Shown: one piece after another, positions 33,298 to 42,304 of the stretch | Layout: every line of letters starts with the position of its first letter | Numbering within the stretch: the first letter of the stretch is position 1 | Assembly (NCBI GenBank): GCA_015062285.1 | Contig: SUUY01000001.1 | Location: 30,622-94,621 of the forward strand | Source: Alphaproteobacteria bacterium | GTDB lineage: Bacteria > Pseudomonadota > Alphaproteobacteria > RF32 > CAG-239 | DNA: 64,000 nt | Direction of reading: 5' to 3' | Notes under the pieces: generated by a model | What the model saw: only the letters and a program-made list of their open reading frames with translations | Told to the model about the DNA's origin: nothing | Databases searched by the model: none | Translations under genes and position numbers: made by a program

Positions 33298-34557
33298 TTA
33301 TTCCTTAGTCAAAAAAGCAATAAAGAATCCATCGGCTCCCCCTTGTTTGCTGAGATGTGATGGTAAAACTCTGATCCAACCTTCAGAAGTTTGCATCGAT
33401 TTGAGTTCATCAGGAAGGGGTGTTTGTTTTGTTTTGAATTCCGGATGAAGCTTGAGAAATTGGCGTATTTGTTCTTCTCCTTCTGTTCTAGACAACGAGC
33501 AAGTGCAATAAATTAGGGTTCCTTTGCTCTTTAGGGCTCTCGGCACAAGGTTCAGTAATTGATGCTGTACATCGGCCATTTTGTTTACATCGGATAAGGT
33601 CTTTATATGCACAAGTTCCGGATGACGACGGAGTGTTCCTGTTGCAGAACACGGAGCATCAAGCAAAACCATGTCATAGGGTTCTTGGTGGAAGTTTTTT
33701 AGCCAATCGATAGCGTCAGCACAAATAATTTCTTGAGCTTCCAGTTTTAATCTTTTGAGGTTTTCTTTTAGCCTGTCTAATCTTTGTGACGATATATCTA
33801 AGGAGGTTACTAATGCGCCTCTTTCAATGAGCTGGGCTGTTTTTCCTCCCGGGGCAGCGCATACATCTAAGATTTTTTTGTTTTTGACGTTGTCAAGCAG
33901 ATTGACTGCTAATGATGATGAAAAGTCTTGTACCCACCAATGTCCTTCGGAGAATCCTGATATTTTGGTGATGTTCCCGTTGTTTTTTAGGCGATATGAT
34001 CCCAAGGGAAGAATTATTGCATCCTCTATGGATTTGCCTGATTTTGCAGTGATATCCAAAAGTGGTTCATTGGAGAATGAAGCTTCTATTAGTGCGCTTT
34101 GTTTTTTATTGTAGGAAGCGTTGATAATACGACGAAATTCAGGAGGAAAAAATTCCGTTGTCGGTTGTTTGTTAAAAGCATCTTTATTGTTGCAAATTTT
34201 TCGTAAAACGGCATTTACAAAGCCGGCAACATATTTGTCCAGACGTTTTTTTGCAATATCAACATAGGAGTTGATAACAGCGTAGTCCGGTGTGCTAAGA
34301 TATAAGATTTCCGTTGTTCCCAAAATAAGCAGATACAAAGCTAGTTTTGCGTTTGTAGGGAGTTTCTTTTTTATATAAGTTTTTAGAAGCTTTTTTATGG
34401 GAACTAAGTTTCTTAGAGATGTTTGCAAAAGCATATTAGAAAACGAAAGATCATTGTTTGCAACAGGGTCGAAGTGTTGTTTAGCTTCGCTGGCAATAAT
34501 TTTATTTTCTAAAATATCTTGTAATATTAATGCTGTTTGCAAACGAGGGTCGATCAT
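33298..34557 (-). CDS. rsmB: 16S rRNA (cytosine967-C5)-methyltransferase RsmB/Sun
   Basis: SAM-binding motif ILDVCAAPGGKT; NusB-like N-terminal domain. Confidence 0.85.
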   Translation of the reverse strand: MIDPRLQTALILQDILENKIIASEAKQHFDPVANNDLSFSNMLLQTSLRNLVPIKKLLKTYIKKKLPTNAKLALYLLILGTTEILYLSTPDYAVINSYVDIAKKRLDKYVAGFVNAVLRKICNNKDAFNKQPTTEFFPPEFRRIINASYNKKQSALIEASFSNEPLLDITAKSGKSIEDAIILPLGSYRLKNNGNITKISGFSEGHWWVQDFSSSLAVNLLDNVKNKKILDVCAAPGGKTAQLIERGALVTSLDISSQRLDRLKENLKRLKLEAQEIICADAIDWLKNFHQEPYDMVLLDAPCSATGTLRRHPELVHIKTLSDVNKMADVQHQLLNLVPRALKSKGTLIYCTCSLSRTEGEEQIRQFLKLHPEFKTKQTPLPDELKSMQTSEGWIRVLPSHLSKQGGADGFFIAFLTKE

Positions 34558-34787
34558 TTAAAGCGCCTTATAATATGTTTTATGACATGGATATTGTATT
34601 TAATTACGGTTATAAAAACAAGATGCTATTTTTGCTTTTGGTGCGTAAAAAAGACTTGATTTTGAAATGTTTGTATGTTAGAGAGTTTTTCGATTGATAA
34701 GCTTTTGTGTATGAGATTCGTAGCAAGAGCTATTGTTTTGATTTAGTCTGCCCTTGCAGGCTTGTAGAAAAAAGAAAGGAAAATGTC

Positions 34788-35240
34788 ATGAGACATGGTG
34801 TGAAACACGTAAAACTTAACATGGATACAAATGCACGCAAGGCTTTGTTTTCTAACTTGACAGCAGCTGTTTTAATGCATGAGCAAATTAAAGTTACTGT
34901 TCAAAGAGCAAAGGCTTTGAGAACTTTTGTTGATAATATGATCACATTGGGTAAAAAAGGTGGTTTGGCAAATCGTCGTCAGGCATTGTCTTTTTTGCGT
35001 GATAAAGAAGTTGTTGCAAAATTGTTTTCTACACTGGCAGATCGCTATAAAGAACGCAATGGTGGTTATACTCGCGTTTTGAAAGCAGGTTTTCGTTACG
35101 GTGATGCCGCTGATATGGCAATCATTGAATTGGTTGATCGCGATGTAAAAGCTAAAGGAGCTAAGGATTTAGCTCGAGTTGCTGCTGAAAAAGCTGCTGC
35201 AAATGAAGCTGCCAAAGCAGAAGCTTCTGAAAGCAAATAA
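34788..35240 (+). CDS. rplQ: 50S ribosomal protein L17
   Basis: MRHGVKH N-terminus (start trimmed from ORF-track 34707); detached from rpoA. Confidence 0.88.
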   Translation: MRHGVKHVKLNMDTNARKALFSNLTAAVLMHEQIKVTVQRAKALRTFVDNMITLGKKGGLANRRQALSFLRDKEVVAKLFSTLADRYKERNGGYTRVLKAGFRYGDAADMAIIELVDRDVKAKGAKDLARVAAEKAAANEAAKAEASESK

Positions 35241-35255
35241 GTTTGTATTATAAGT

Positions 35256-35288
35256 AAAAAAACACCGCAAATATGCGGTGTTTTTTTT
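35256..35288. terminator. Bidirectional rho-independent terminator after rplQ
   Basis: aaaaaaa-caccgca-aata-tgcggtg-tttttttt. Confidence 0.8.
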
Positions 35289-35312
35289 GTAAGGTATAGA
35301 ATTAAAGTGGTA

Positions 35313-35612
35313 TTAATCTGTTATTTCAGCTTCATATGCGTATACAATTTGGGTGTCTTCTTCATTTTCTTCGATGCTTAGTTCGCATATCAAAAGTTTG
35401 TCTGTTTCTTTTAAGCTGTCAATCGCTTCGTTGGGAATGTCGTTGAGAGTTATGGTGTCATCCGGACGGCGATGAAGAATTGCGGTTTTATGTTCTTCGT
35501 TAAGTTCAATACTTGAATCCTTAGGTTCGTTTTCTCTTTCGTATAAGAGAAGCATAACCTCTTCTTCATCGTTAATTAAAAAATCATAGGAAGAAAATTC
35601 TTCATTATTCAT
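35313..35612 (-). CDS. Hypothetical highly acidic small protein
   Basis: 99 aa, ~30% Asp/Glu. Confidence 0.45.
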   Translation of the reverse strand: MNNEEFSSYDFLINDEEEVMLLLYERENEPKDSSIELNEEHKTAILHRRPDDTITLNDIPNEAIDSLKETDKLLICELSIEENEEDTQIVYAYEAEITD

Positions 35613-35643
35613 GATTCTACCCTTTATATTAAATTTTTCAGTG

Positions 35644-35690
35644 AGGATTGCAAAGTCGTGTTTTTTTGGGGGAACCGCCTTTGCAATCCT
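35644..35690. promoter_or_regulatory. Perfect 12-bp inverted repeat in divergent promoter region (candidate operator)
   Basis: aggattgcaaag (35644-35655) and ctttgcaatcct (35679-35690) with a 23-nt spacer. Confidence 0.4.
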
Positions 35691-35782
35691 ATAAACTTCG
35701 CAGTTTATATTCGGATTGTAAATAATATTAGTTGAAGAAATGTTAATATCATATAGATAGATTGTGACTTTTTTTTATTTGT

Positions 35783-36493
35783 TTGTATATTGATAAAAGA
35801 GGTGTTGAAATGCATAGATTGATGGATAGGTTTATTGAATTGCTTAAATGGCCAGTGGCTGTTTATATGCTTGTTTCTTTGCCGGCATATATTCAGTCTT
35901 TGGCGTATTTTAAGTTTGCTTCTTTGCAGTATTTGGTTTTGGGTGGTGGCTTTTTCTTATTCTTTATTGCCAGAAGTATGATGGACTCAAGTGTGAAAGT
36001 AAACATGGAAATACTGGCTCATGAGATGACGCATGCTTTTTTTGCATTTATTACGTTTCATAGAGTAAAAGGAATTAGGATTGAGGGTGACAATTCCGGT
36101 GGAGAAATGGCTTTTGAAGGCGAAGGAAATTGGCTTATAATTATTGCTCCATACTTTTTTCCGTTGTTTGGACTTGTTTATTTAATTATTTTCTCGCTTT
36201 ATACTTCTTTTGTTTCTACCAGTTTGTTTTTGAATGGAATTTTAGGCTATTTTATAGGGTATCATCTTGATACGGTTGGTTCTCAGATTCATGAAAAACA
36301 AACTGATTTGCCCAAAGTTTCTTATAAATTTTGTGCTATGTTTTTACCTTCGGCCAATTTGTGGGCGGTGGGATCAATGTTAGCTTTTAACTCTAAAGGA
36401 TGGGCAGGGATATGGACATATCAAAAATTAATTGCATATTTAAATGCCAAAAATTTTGATTTTGTTTTGGATTTTATTCGTCAGTTTTTTTGA
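35783..36493 (+). CDS. Membrane protein with HExxH motif (putative zinc metalloprotease)
   Basis: Several TM segments; ILAHEMTHAFFAF contains HEMTH. Confidence 0.5.
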   Translation: MYIDKRGVEMHRLMDRFIELLKWPVAVYMLVSLPAYIQSLAYFKFASLQYLVLGGGFFLFFIARSMMDSSVKVNMEILAHEMTHAFFAFITFHRVKGIRIEGDNSGGEMAFEGEGNWLIIIAPYFFPLFGLVYLIIFSLYTSFVSTSLFLNGILGYFIGYHLDTVGSQIHEKQTDLPKVSYKFCAMFLPSANLWAVGSMLAFNSKGWAGIWTYQKLIAYLNAKNFDFVLDFIRQFF

Positions 36494-37341
36494 TCTAATG
36501 CTTTAGTAAGTGCTAAAAATTGTACAGGTGATATTTCTTCTGGTCGGTGCGAACATTCTATGCCGGCGGCCTTGCATGCAGAATCTAAATTTAGCATGTT
36601 TTTTAAACTTTGGCGTATCATTTTGCGACGAGAGTTAAAGGTTAACGCTGTTAATTTTTCAATTTTATTTATTTCTTCAAAGCTCAAAGTTTTTTCCCTG
36701 GGTTGAAACAATAGTACGGTTGACCATATTTTGGGCGCAGGAACAAAACATTCTGGATTAAGGTCAAAAAGTTTTGTGATTTTGCATTGAAGCTGGGATA
36801 GAACAGATATTCTTCCGTAGCTTTTGCATGATGTTGGGGCTAAAATACGGTCAGCTACTTCTTTTTGAAACATTAAAGTGAGGCTTTGGTAGTTGTTTAT
36901 TTGATATAGCCATTTTATAAGCAAAGGTACAGATATGTTGTAAGGTAGATTAGATACAATATGCGTTGGTTCTGTTTGTTTTGGGAAGTCATATTTTAGA
37001 GCATCGCCATCAATAATCTCCATAACATTTCCTGTTTTTGATCGGAGCTCCTCCATGATAGAAATACATCTCTTATCCATCTCTATTACAGTTAATTTTT
37101 TGGGGTTTGTTTTAAGGATAGCTCGGGTTAAGCCTCCGGGGCCGGGGCCTATTTCAAACACATGGCTTTTGTTAAAATTTTCCAGATTTTGTTTTATTAG
37201 AGATGATCGTATGATTTTATCTGTTATATTTTGATCCAGCAAAAAATTTTGCCCAAGATTTTTATTTGCAAAAAGATTATGGGCTTCCACCGTGGTGCGT
37301 AAAGAAGGGAAGGACGCAATTATTTCTTTTAAATCCGACAT
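36481..37341 (-). CDS. rsmA: 16S rRNA (adenine1518/1519-N6)-dimethyltransferase RsmA/KsgA
   Basis: GQNFLLDQNI motif; SAM site EIGPGPGGLT. Confidence 0.9.
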   Translation of the reverse strand: MSDLKEIIASFPSLRTTVEAHNLFANKNLGQNFLLDQNITDKIIRSSLIKQNLENFNKSHVFEIGPGPGGLTRAILKTNPKKLTVIEMDKRCISIMEELRSKTGNVMEIIDGDALKYDFPKQTEPTHIVSNLPYNISVPLLIKWLYQINNYQSLTLMFQKEVADRILAPTSCKSYGRISVLSQLQCKITKLFDLNPECFVPAPKIWSTVLLFQPREKTLSFEEINKIEKLTALTFNSRRKMIRQSLKNMLNLDSACKAAGIECSHRPEEISPVQFLALTKALDQKN

Positions 37342-37344
37342 CTG

Positions 37345-38259
37345 CTAATTCCTGATTTCGATTACAGCTTTTTGATGTAAATCTTGAAGCAGTTGTCGAG
37401 ATAAACTTTCCATTTTTTGATTTTCAAGCAAAATGCGGATATCATCTTCTGTGGGAATTTGCGGTTTGTCTTGTTTAGGGTCAAAAGTTTGCAGTAGTTT
37501 TATTATGTAATATCCGTCATTTAAGAAAATAGGATCACTGACATCGCCTTCAGACATTTTTTGTAATCGCATTTCGATGGAGGACGGAAGTTTTCCTGTG
37601 TTGACCCAGCCTAAATTTCCTCCGTTGGCAGCACTTGGTGCTTCAGAAAATTGCATAGCGTATAATTCAAAACGCTCATCTTTGCGAAGATTTGACACCA
37701 GAAGATGAATGTCTTTTGCGTTTTCTTTTTTAATAAATATTTCAGATATTAAATATTTTGGTGTATTTAAATCTTTTTTTGCTTCTTCGAGCATGGTGTT
37801 AATTTCTTTTTGTGTAATTGTGCCGTTTCCATAATGTCTTTTTCGAATTAAACGTAACCATGCCAAATCAGCTTGAAGCTGTTCCTTAAAACTATCTTCA
37901 CTTATTTTTGCTTGTTTTAATATAGTGGATAGCTGTCCCTTAGGGATGTTGTTGTTTTTTTCGAATCTTTTCATTTGTTCATCAACTTCTGCTTCTGAGA
38001 TTGTAATTCCTTCGTTTTGTGCTGCTTGAAGTTTTATTTTTTCATCGATGGTGTTGTTTAAAACTTTTTGTTTAATCAAGCTTTGAGTTTGTGAATTCAT
38101 AGGAATCTTAGAACTTAATAAAAAAAGATTTGTTTTATTGTTTATGTCTTCTGAAGATATAATTTCACCGTTAACCAGAGCATGAATTTTTAATTCTGTT
38201 CCAAAAGAGAGGTTTGTGTTTATGAGGATAAATGAAATTATTAAAAAAATCTTTTTCAT
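37345..38259 (-). CDS. surA: SurA-like periplasmic chaperone/peptidyl-prolyl isomerase
   Basis: Signal peptide; position between rsmA and lptD as in the proteobacterial lptD-surA-(pdxA)-ksgA cluster. Confidence 0.7.
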   Translation of the reverse strand: MKKIFLIISFILINTNLSFGTELKIHALVNGEIISSEDINNKTNLFLLSSKIPMNSQTQSLIKQKVLNNTIDEKIKLQAAQNEGITISEAEVDEQMKRFEKNNNIPKGQLSTILKQAKISEDSFKEQLQADLAWLRLIRKRHYGNGTITQKEINTMLEEAKKDLNTPKYLISEIFIKKENAKDIHLLVSNLRKDERFELYAMQFSEAPSAANGGNLGWVNTGKLPSSIEMRLQKMSEGDVSDPIFLNDGYYIIKLLQTFDPKQDKPQIPTEDDIRILLENQKMESLSRQLLQDLHQKAVIEIRN

Positions 38260-38270
38260 CTTTGTTCTCC

Positions 38271-40514
38271 TTATTTTGTTCCTACGCCGCCAAGAGTTTT
38301 GAGGAAGAATGTTGCTCCAAATTTAAAGTCTCCTTCATAGTTGGGATCGTTGGAGTTTTCTTTTTCTATATTGAATATAACTTTGGTACATTCATCTTCA
38401 TAAGTAAGAAATGCTCCTTTTTCAAGGGATCCACCGTTTTTGGCCATGTCTTGCCTGTTATATAAACTTAAAGCCCAATTCTTTGTTACATTAGCTCGCA
38501 GCATTGTATATAATTCTTCTCGTTCGGAGTTTGCAATAGATGATGTTTTGTTTGCCTGAAAGAAAATATATGATACATAAAGTTTGAGTATTTTAGGTCC
38601 GATATTAGAAGATAATTCGCTGTATGTTAATTTATAGTCGTCCTTGTCTAATTTAAAGCGATAGTTAAGATCAAAATATTCTGTTGGAGAAGCATATATT
38701 CTTCCTGCGTAATCAGTAAAGTCTCCGTGTTCTCCATCTGCTGCAGCAAAGCTTTCGTTCTTACTGAACTCATAGCTTTGAGCTAACATAGCTGATGTTC
38801 TTCCCCATTTTTTTCCGTAGGAACTCCAGTTCAATCCATAGCTTATGCGGCTTCCGGTATCATTACGATCATAACCTGAATAGCGATCTAAATTTAAGAT
38901 GTTAGTGTCGTTTAGTTCTACGTCTTGACTATCTTCGTTTGGTATTTCGTCAGCCTTATTACTTTGATTGGGAGCCAAAGCAGCAACAATTATCGGTTCT
39001 ATAATTTGGCTTGATTCTTCTGTGTTGCGAATAAACGGCAAACGCCATTCTAAACCGACTTGCGGGAATATACGTCCGACAACGCCATCGTATACATCGG
39101 TTTTATTATAACGGTAGTCGTTCACATAATATAAATCAGATTTTAATGATGCTACCAATTTATATTTTTCACCATAAGGACTTGTGTATGGTAAATTCCA
39201 TGAGTTTATCATAGAAAGGCGTTGGCTGGAATTATCTTCTTCATGTGTAACAGAAGCCAAACTAAAGGTGTTTTTATTATATGCACCAAACTTGGTTGGA
39301 TCGCTAATGTTCTCATAAACAAAAAGAGGCATAACATAAGGACGATTTGCATAACGCAGATCATAACTTAGTATTTTATAGTAATATGCTTCTAAAGCCG
39401 CATAGTTGCGATTATCAAAGCCTTGCAAACTTGCTCTTGATGTTAACCAGGTATCATCTTTTTTGGGTAAAGATAAATCTTTTAAGTAGGCATTATCTGA
39501 TGCATAGTTGATATCGGCATCAGCTACCCAAAAATCATTTACCTCATATCTTCCATAAGCAAAAAGGTTTCCTCTATTTTCTTTTGTATCCGGATCTCTT
39601 AAAAAAGTTCCGCTTGCAGAAATGTTGCCTCTGGTGAAGTAACGATTGTATGTTCCTCCATATACAATACCTTTATCGCTACTTATTATGGGGTTGAATA
39701 AAATGTCTTCGTGGTCAGATATATCCCAAAAATATTGCCCTTGAATAGCCCCTCCTAAGTATGAGTTGCTGGAAATTTTGGGAAATAGAAATCCGGATCT
39801 TCTTTTTACAGTAGGATCGGGGTGTGAAAGGAAAGGGGTGTAAAATACAGGAACGCCTTTTATCTCAACGGTAGCATTTTGATAGTGCATGTCTTGATCT
39901 TCGGCATCGTGTTCTACTTTTCGAGCTTTTATTTGCCACAACGGATTAGAATTACGACAGGTATCGCAAGGAGTATAAACAACATTGGTCATTATTTTTT
40001 TGTCTTTTTCTAAACGACGAAATTTTTTGGCGGCAATTCGTGTTTTATCTGCCATTATGATCTTGATGTTTTCCATTTCACCTTTGCTCATTTTATCGGT
40101 GAGTTCAACTCGATCCGAAAAAACAACATTGCCGGTTTCTTCAAGGATTACAACATTGCCCAGAGCTGTAATGGTATCTTCTTTTTGGTTGTATATGACT
40201 TTATCTGCTTTGACTGTTATATTATCTCGAATAATTTCAACATTTCCAATAGCCGTTATGACACTAAGCTCTTGGTTGTTTTCCAACTCGTCGGCGCTGA
40301 AATATATTTCCGGATTATCGCCGTTTTCAGGTGCTTTAGGTGTCACAACATTTGTGATGTTTACTTCTGGAGAAATGCGTGGAGCTTTAAGGCGAGTAAT
40401 TTGGTGAATGGTTTTTTGAGTGTCGGGTCTAACAATGCTATCGGCAAAAAGAGGAAAAGCATAGCATGTTGAAGCAAGCAGAACTACGATTTTTAATAGT
40501 TTTGATTTATGCAT
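38271..40514 (-). CDS. lptD: LPS-assembly outer membrane protein LptD
   Basis: Large beta-rich OMP; signal peptide MHKSKLLKIVVLLASTCYAFPLFA (start trimmed from ORF-track 40592); conserved neighbourhood. Confidence 0.85.
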   Translation of the reverse strand: MHKSKLLKIVVLLASTCYAFPLFADSIVRPDTQKTIHQITRLKAPRISPEVNITNVVTPKAPENGDNPEIYFSADELENNQELSVITAIGNVEIIRDNITVKADKVIYNQKEDTITALGNVVILEETGNVVFSDRVELTDKMSKGEMENIKIIMADKTRIAAKKFRRLEKDKKIMTNVVYTPCDTCRNSNPLWQIKARKVEHDAEDQDMHYQNATVEIKGVPVFYTPFLSHPDPTVKRRSGFLFPKISSNSYLGGAIQGQYFWDISDHEDILFNPIISSDKGIVYGGTYNRYFTRGNISASGTFLRDPDTKENRGNLFAYGRYEVNDFWVADADINYASDNAYLKDLSLPKKDDTWLTSRASLQGFDNRNYAALEAYYYKILSYDLRYANRPYVMPLFVYENISDPTKFGAYNKNTFSLASVTHEEDNSSQRLSMINSWNLPYTSPYGEKYKLVASLKSDLYYVNDYRYNKTDVYDGVVGRIFPQVGLEWRLPFIRNTEESSQIIEPIIVAALAPNQSNKADEIPNEDSQDVELNDTNILNLDRYSGYDRNDTGSRISYGLNWSSYGKKWGRTSAMLAQSYEFSKNESFAAADGEHGDFTDYAGRIYASPTEYFDLNYRFKLDKDDYKLTYSELSSNIGPKILKLYVSYIFFQANKTSSIANSEREELYTMLRANVTKNWALSLYNRQDMAKNGGSLEKGAFLTYEDECTKVIFNIEKENSNDPNYEGDFKFGATFFLKTLGGVGTK

Positions 40515-41634
40515 CGTGAGCTCCCTCAAATGCTGTTTTTCTTCTGAACAACGAAGGTCTGTAAAAATGTAAAAGGTATACGCAAATAACAAAAGGTGTT
40601 GTAACGTTTAGATATACGGCGCAAAGCCAACATAAGTTCTTTACGGCTAAATTGCATAAAGCTAAGTCCAGAGCCTGAATAATAACCATTGTTCCTACGG
40701 AAATAGAAACAATCTTGGCTTGGCCTCTACGATTGAAATTTCCGATCAATAGTCCGGTACAGGCTATTAAAGCATAAATTAAATTTAGAAGAGGGGTTAT
40801 AAACCTCTTGTTACCTTCCACAAACCACCGTCTGGCTTCTTTGGCCTCCAAATTAGGATTTGACATTGCACTAAGCAAGTCGTGGAGACTTTGTTCTCTT
40901 GCTCCGGCAGCTTTGCGAGCTTTTGTTCCTTTTGCTCCAAAATCAACAGAGTATCTGTCAAACAAAATAGAGCTGAATTGTCCGCTTTTGTTGTTGATTT
41001 CTTGGCGGTTGCCATTAACAAGAATGATGCGTGGACCCTTATCGGTATGAATTATACGGCCAAGTTCGGCAGAAATGGTTGATTTTGTTTGGGGATTGCG
41101 TTCATCATTTATAAGAACTCCTCCAACTGAGCCGTCAGGTTCATGAGATCCGATGAATACTGTTAGTTTGGGCTGAAGAGTGGTAAATTCCCCTTCGCGG
41201 AACATTAAGTGAGATACATCATTTTTGATTTGCCATTGAAGGTCGTGAAAAGCATCTTCGGCTGCAGGGATAACAATATTCATGACGTAGATATTGAACA
41301 CTGTCATGATCAGGCCAAACATCATGGCCGGTTTGGCGTTCTGCCAAGGGCTGATGCCTGCTGCTTTCATCACAACAAGTTCACGGTCGGAAAGCATACG
41401 ATTATATACAAATAAAATAGCAGCAAACAGAGATATTGGGGATAAGATCGTAAAAATACGAGGCATTAGAAGCGATGTCAGCTCGGCAAAAAGGCCGACA
41501 GAAATGCCTTTGTTGGTAATAAGGTCTACGAATCGCAAAGACTGTGTCAGCCAAATGATTGACATCAGCGAAAAGGAAACCAGCAAAAATCCTACTAAAA
41601 TTTGCTTTATTATGTATAGGTTTAATTTTTTCAT
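40507..41634 (-). CDS. LptF/LptG-family LPS export permease (YjgP/YjgQ)
   Basis: N-terminus MKKLNLYIIKQILVGFLLVSF typical of YjgP/YjgQ permeases (start trimmed from 41802); adjacent to lptD. Confidence 0.8.
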   Translation of the reverse strand: MKKLNLYIIKQILVGFLLVSFSLMSIIWLTQSLRFVDLITNKGISVGLFAELTSLLMPRIFTILSPISLFAAILFVYNRMLSDRELVVMKAAGISPWQNAKPAMMFGLIMTVFNIYVMNIVIPAAEDAFHDLQWQIKNDVSHLMFREGEFTTLQPKLTVFIGSHEPDGSVGGVLINDERNPQTKSTISAELGRIIHTDKGPRIILVNGNRQEINNKSGQFSSILFDRYSVDFGAKGTKARKAAGAREQSLHDLLSAMSNPNLEAKEARRWFVEGNKRFITPLLNLIYALIACTGLLIGNFNRRGQAKIVSISVGTMVIIQALDLALCNLAVKNLCWLCAVYLNVTTPFVICVYLLHFYRPSLFRRKTAFEGAHDA

Positions 41635-41825
41635 AAAAGGGATTATAACTAAATTATCTGATTTAGAAACAAAAATTTTGCAGATAGTACAAGAAATATG
41701 TAAATTTTTGCTTACCAATATGTTTTTTTTATCAAAAATTGAGGAAGTGACAGAATCTTCTTGAATGGCAAATTTTTTGACTCTAAGATGTTGCCAGAAC
41801 AAACATAATTATACAGGAGATGTGT

Positions 41826-42302
41826 ATGGATAATAATTCTTTGGCGGCTCAAACAGCCACCAAGTGGCATAAAAAGCGTGGTTCGCTGATTATGGCTTTG
41901 CATGAAATTCAAGGCGTTAAAGGTTATATTCCTTGGGAAGATGCTGTTGCTGTTGCTGAAGGAATGAATATTCCTTTGGCAAGAATTTATGAGGTTTTAA
42001 CATTTTATAATTTCTTTAAGCTCGATGCTCCGGGTAAGGCTGTTATTTCGGTTTGTACCGGAACAGCGTGCTATTTGAAGGGAAATGACAAAGTTTTAGA
42101 AGAGTTTAAAAAGGAATTGGGAATCGGCGAAGGCGAAAGTACGTCTGATAGAATGTTCCATTTACAAAGTGTGCGTTGTGTGGGGTGTTGCGGTTTGGCT
42201 CCCGTTTGTGTTGTTAACGGCAAGACATATGGTCGTGTTACTCCGGGAGATGTGCGTAATATCTTAGATGAATGGCGTAAAAAACTTAGTGAGGAGGAAT
42301 AA
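41826..42302 (+). CDS. hydC: [FeFe]-hydrogenase NuoE-like subunit (HydC/HndA), [2Fe-2S]
   Basis: Thioredoxin-like ferredoxin with CTGTACYLKG...CVGCCGLAPV cysteine pattern; RBS aggag 6 nt before ATG 41826. Confidence 0.85.
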   Translation: MDNNSLAAQTATKWHKKRGSLIMALHEIQGVKGYIPWEDAVAVAEGMNIPLARIYEVLTFYNFFKLDAPGKAVISVCTGTACYLKGNDKVLEEFKKELGIGEGESTSDRMFHLQSVRCVGCCGLAPVCVVNGKTYGRVTPGDVRNILDEWRKKLSEEE

Positions 42303-42304
42303 AT

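Noticed and set aside
40507-41802. Apparent 86-nt overlap of lptD with the permease gene, and a 56-aa N-terminal extension on the permease ORF
   Set aside because: Better starts exist at 40514 for lptD (signal peptide MHKSKLL...) and at 41634 for the permease (MKKLNLYIIKQIL...). The long ORFs are upstream in-frame read-through.
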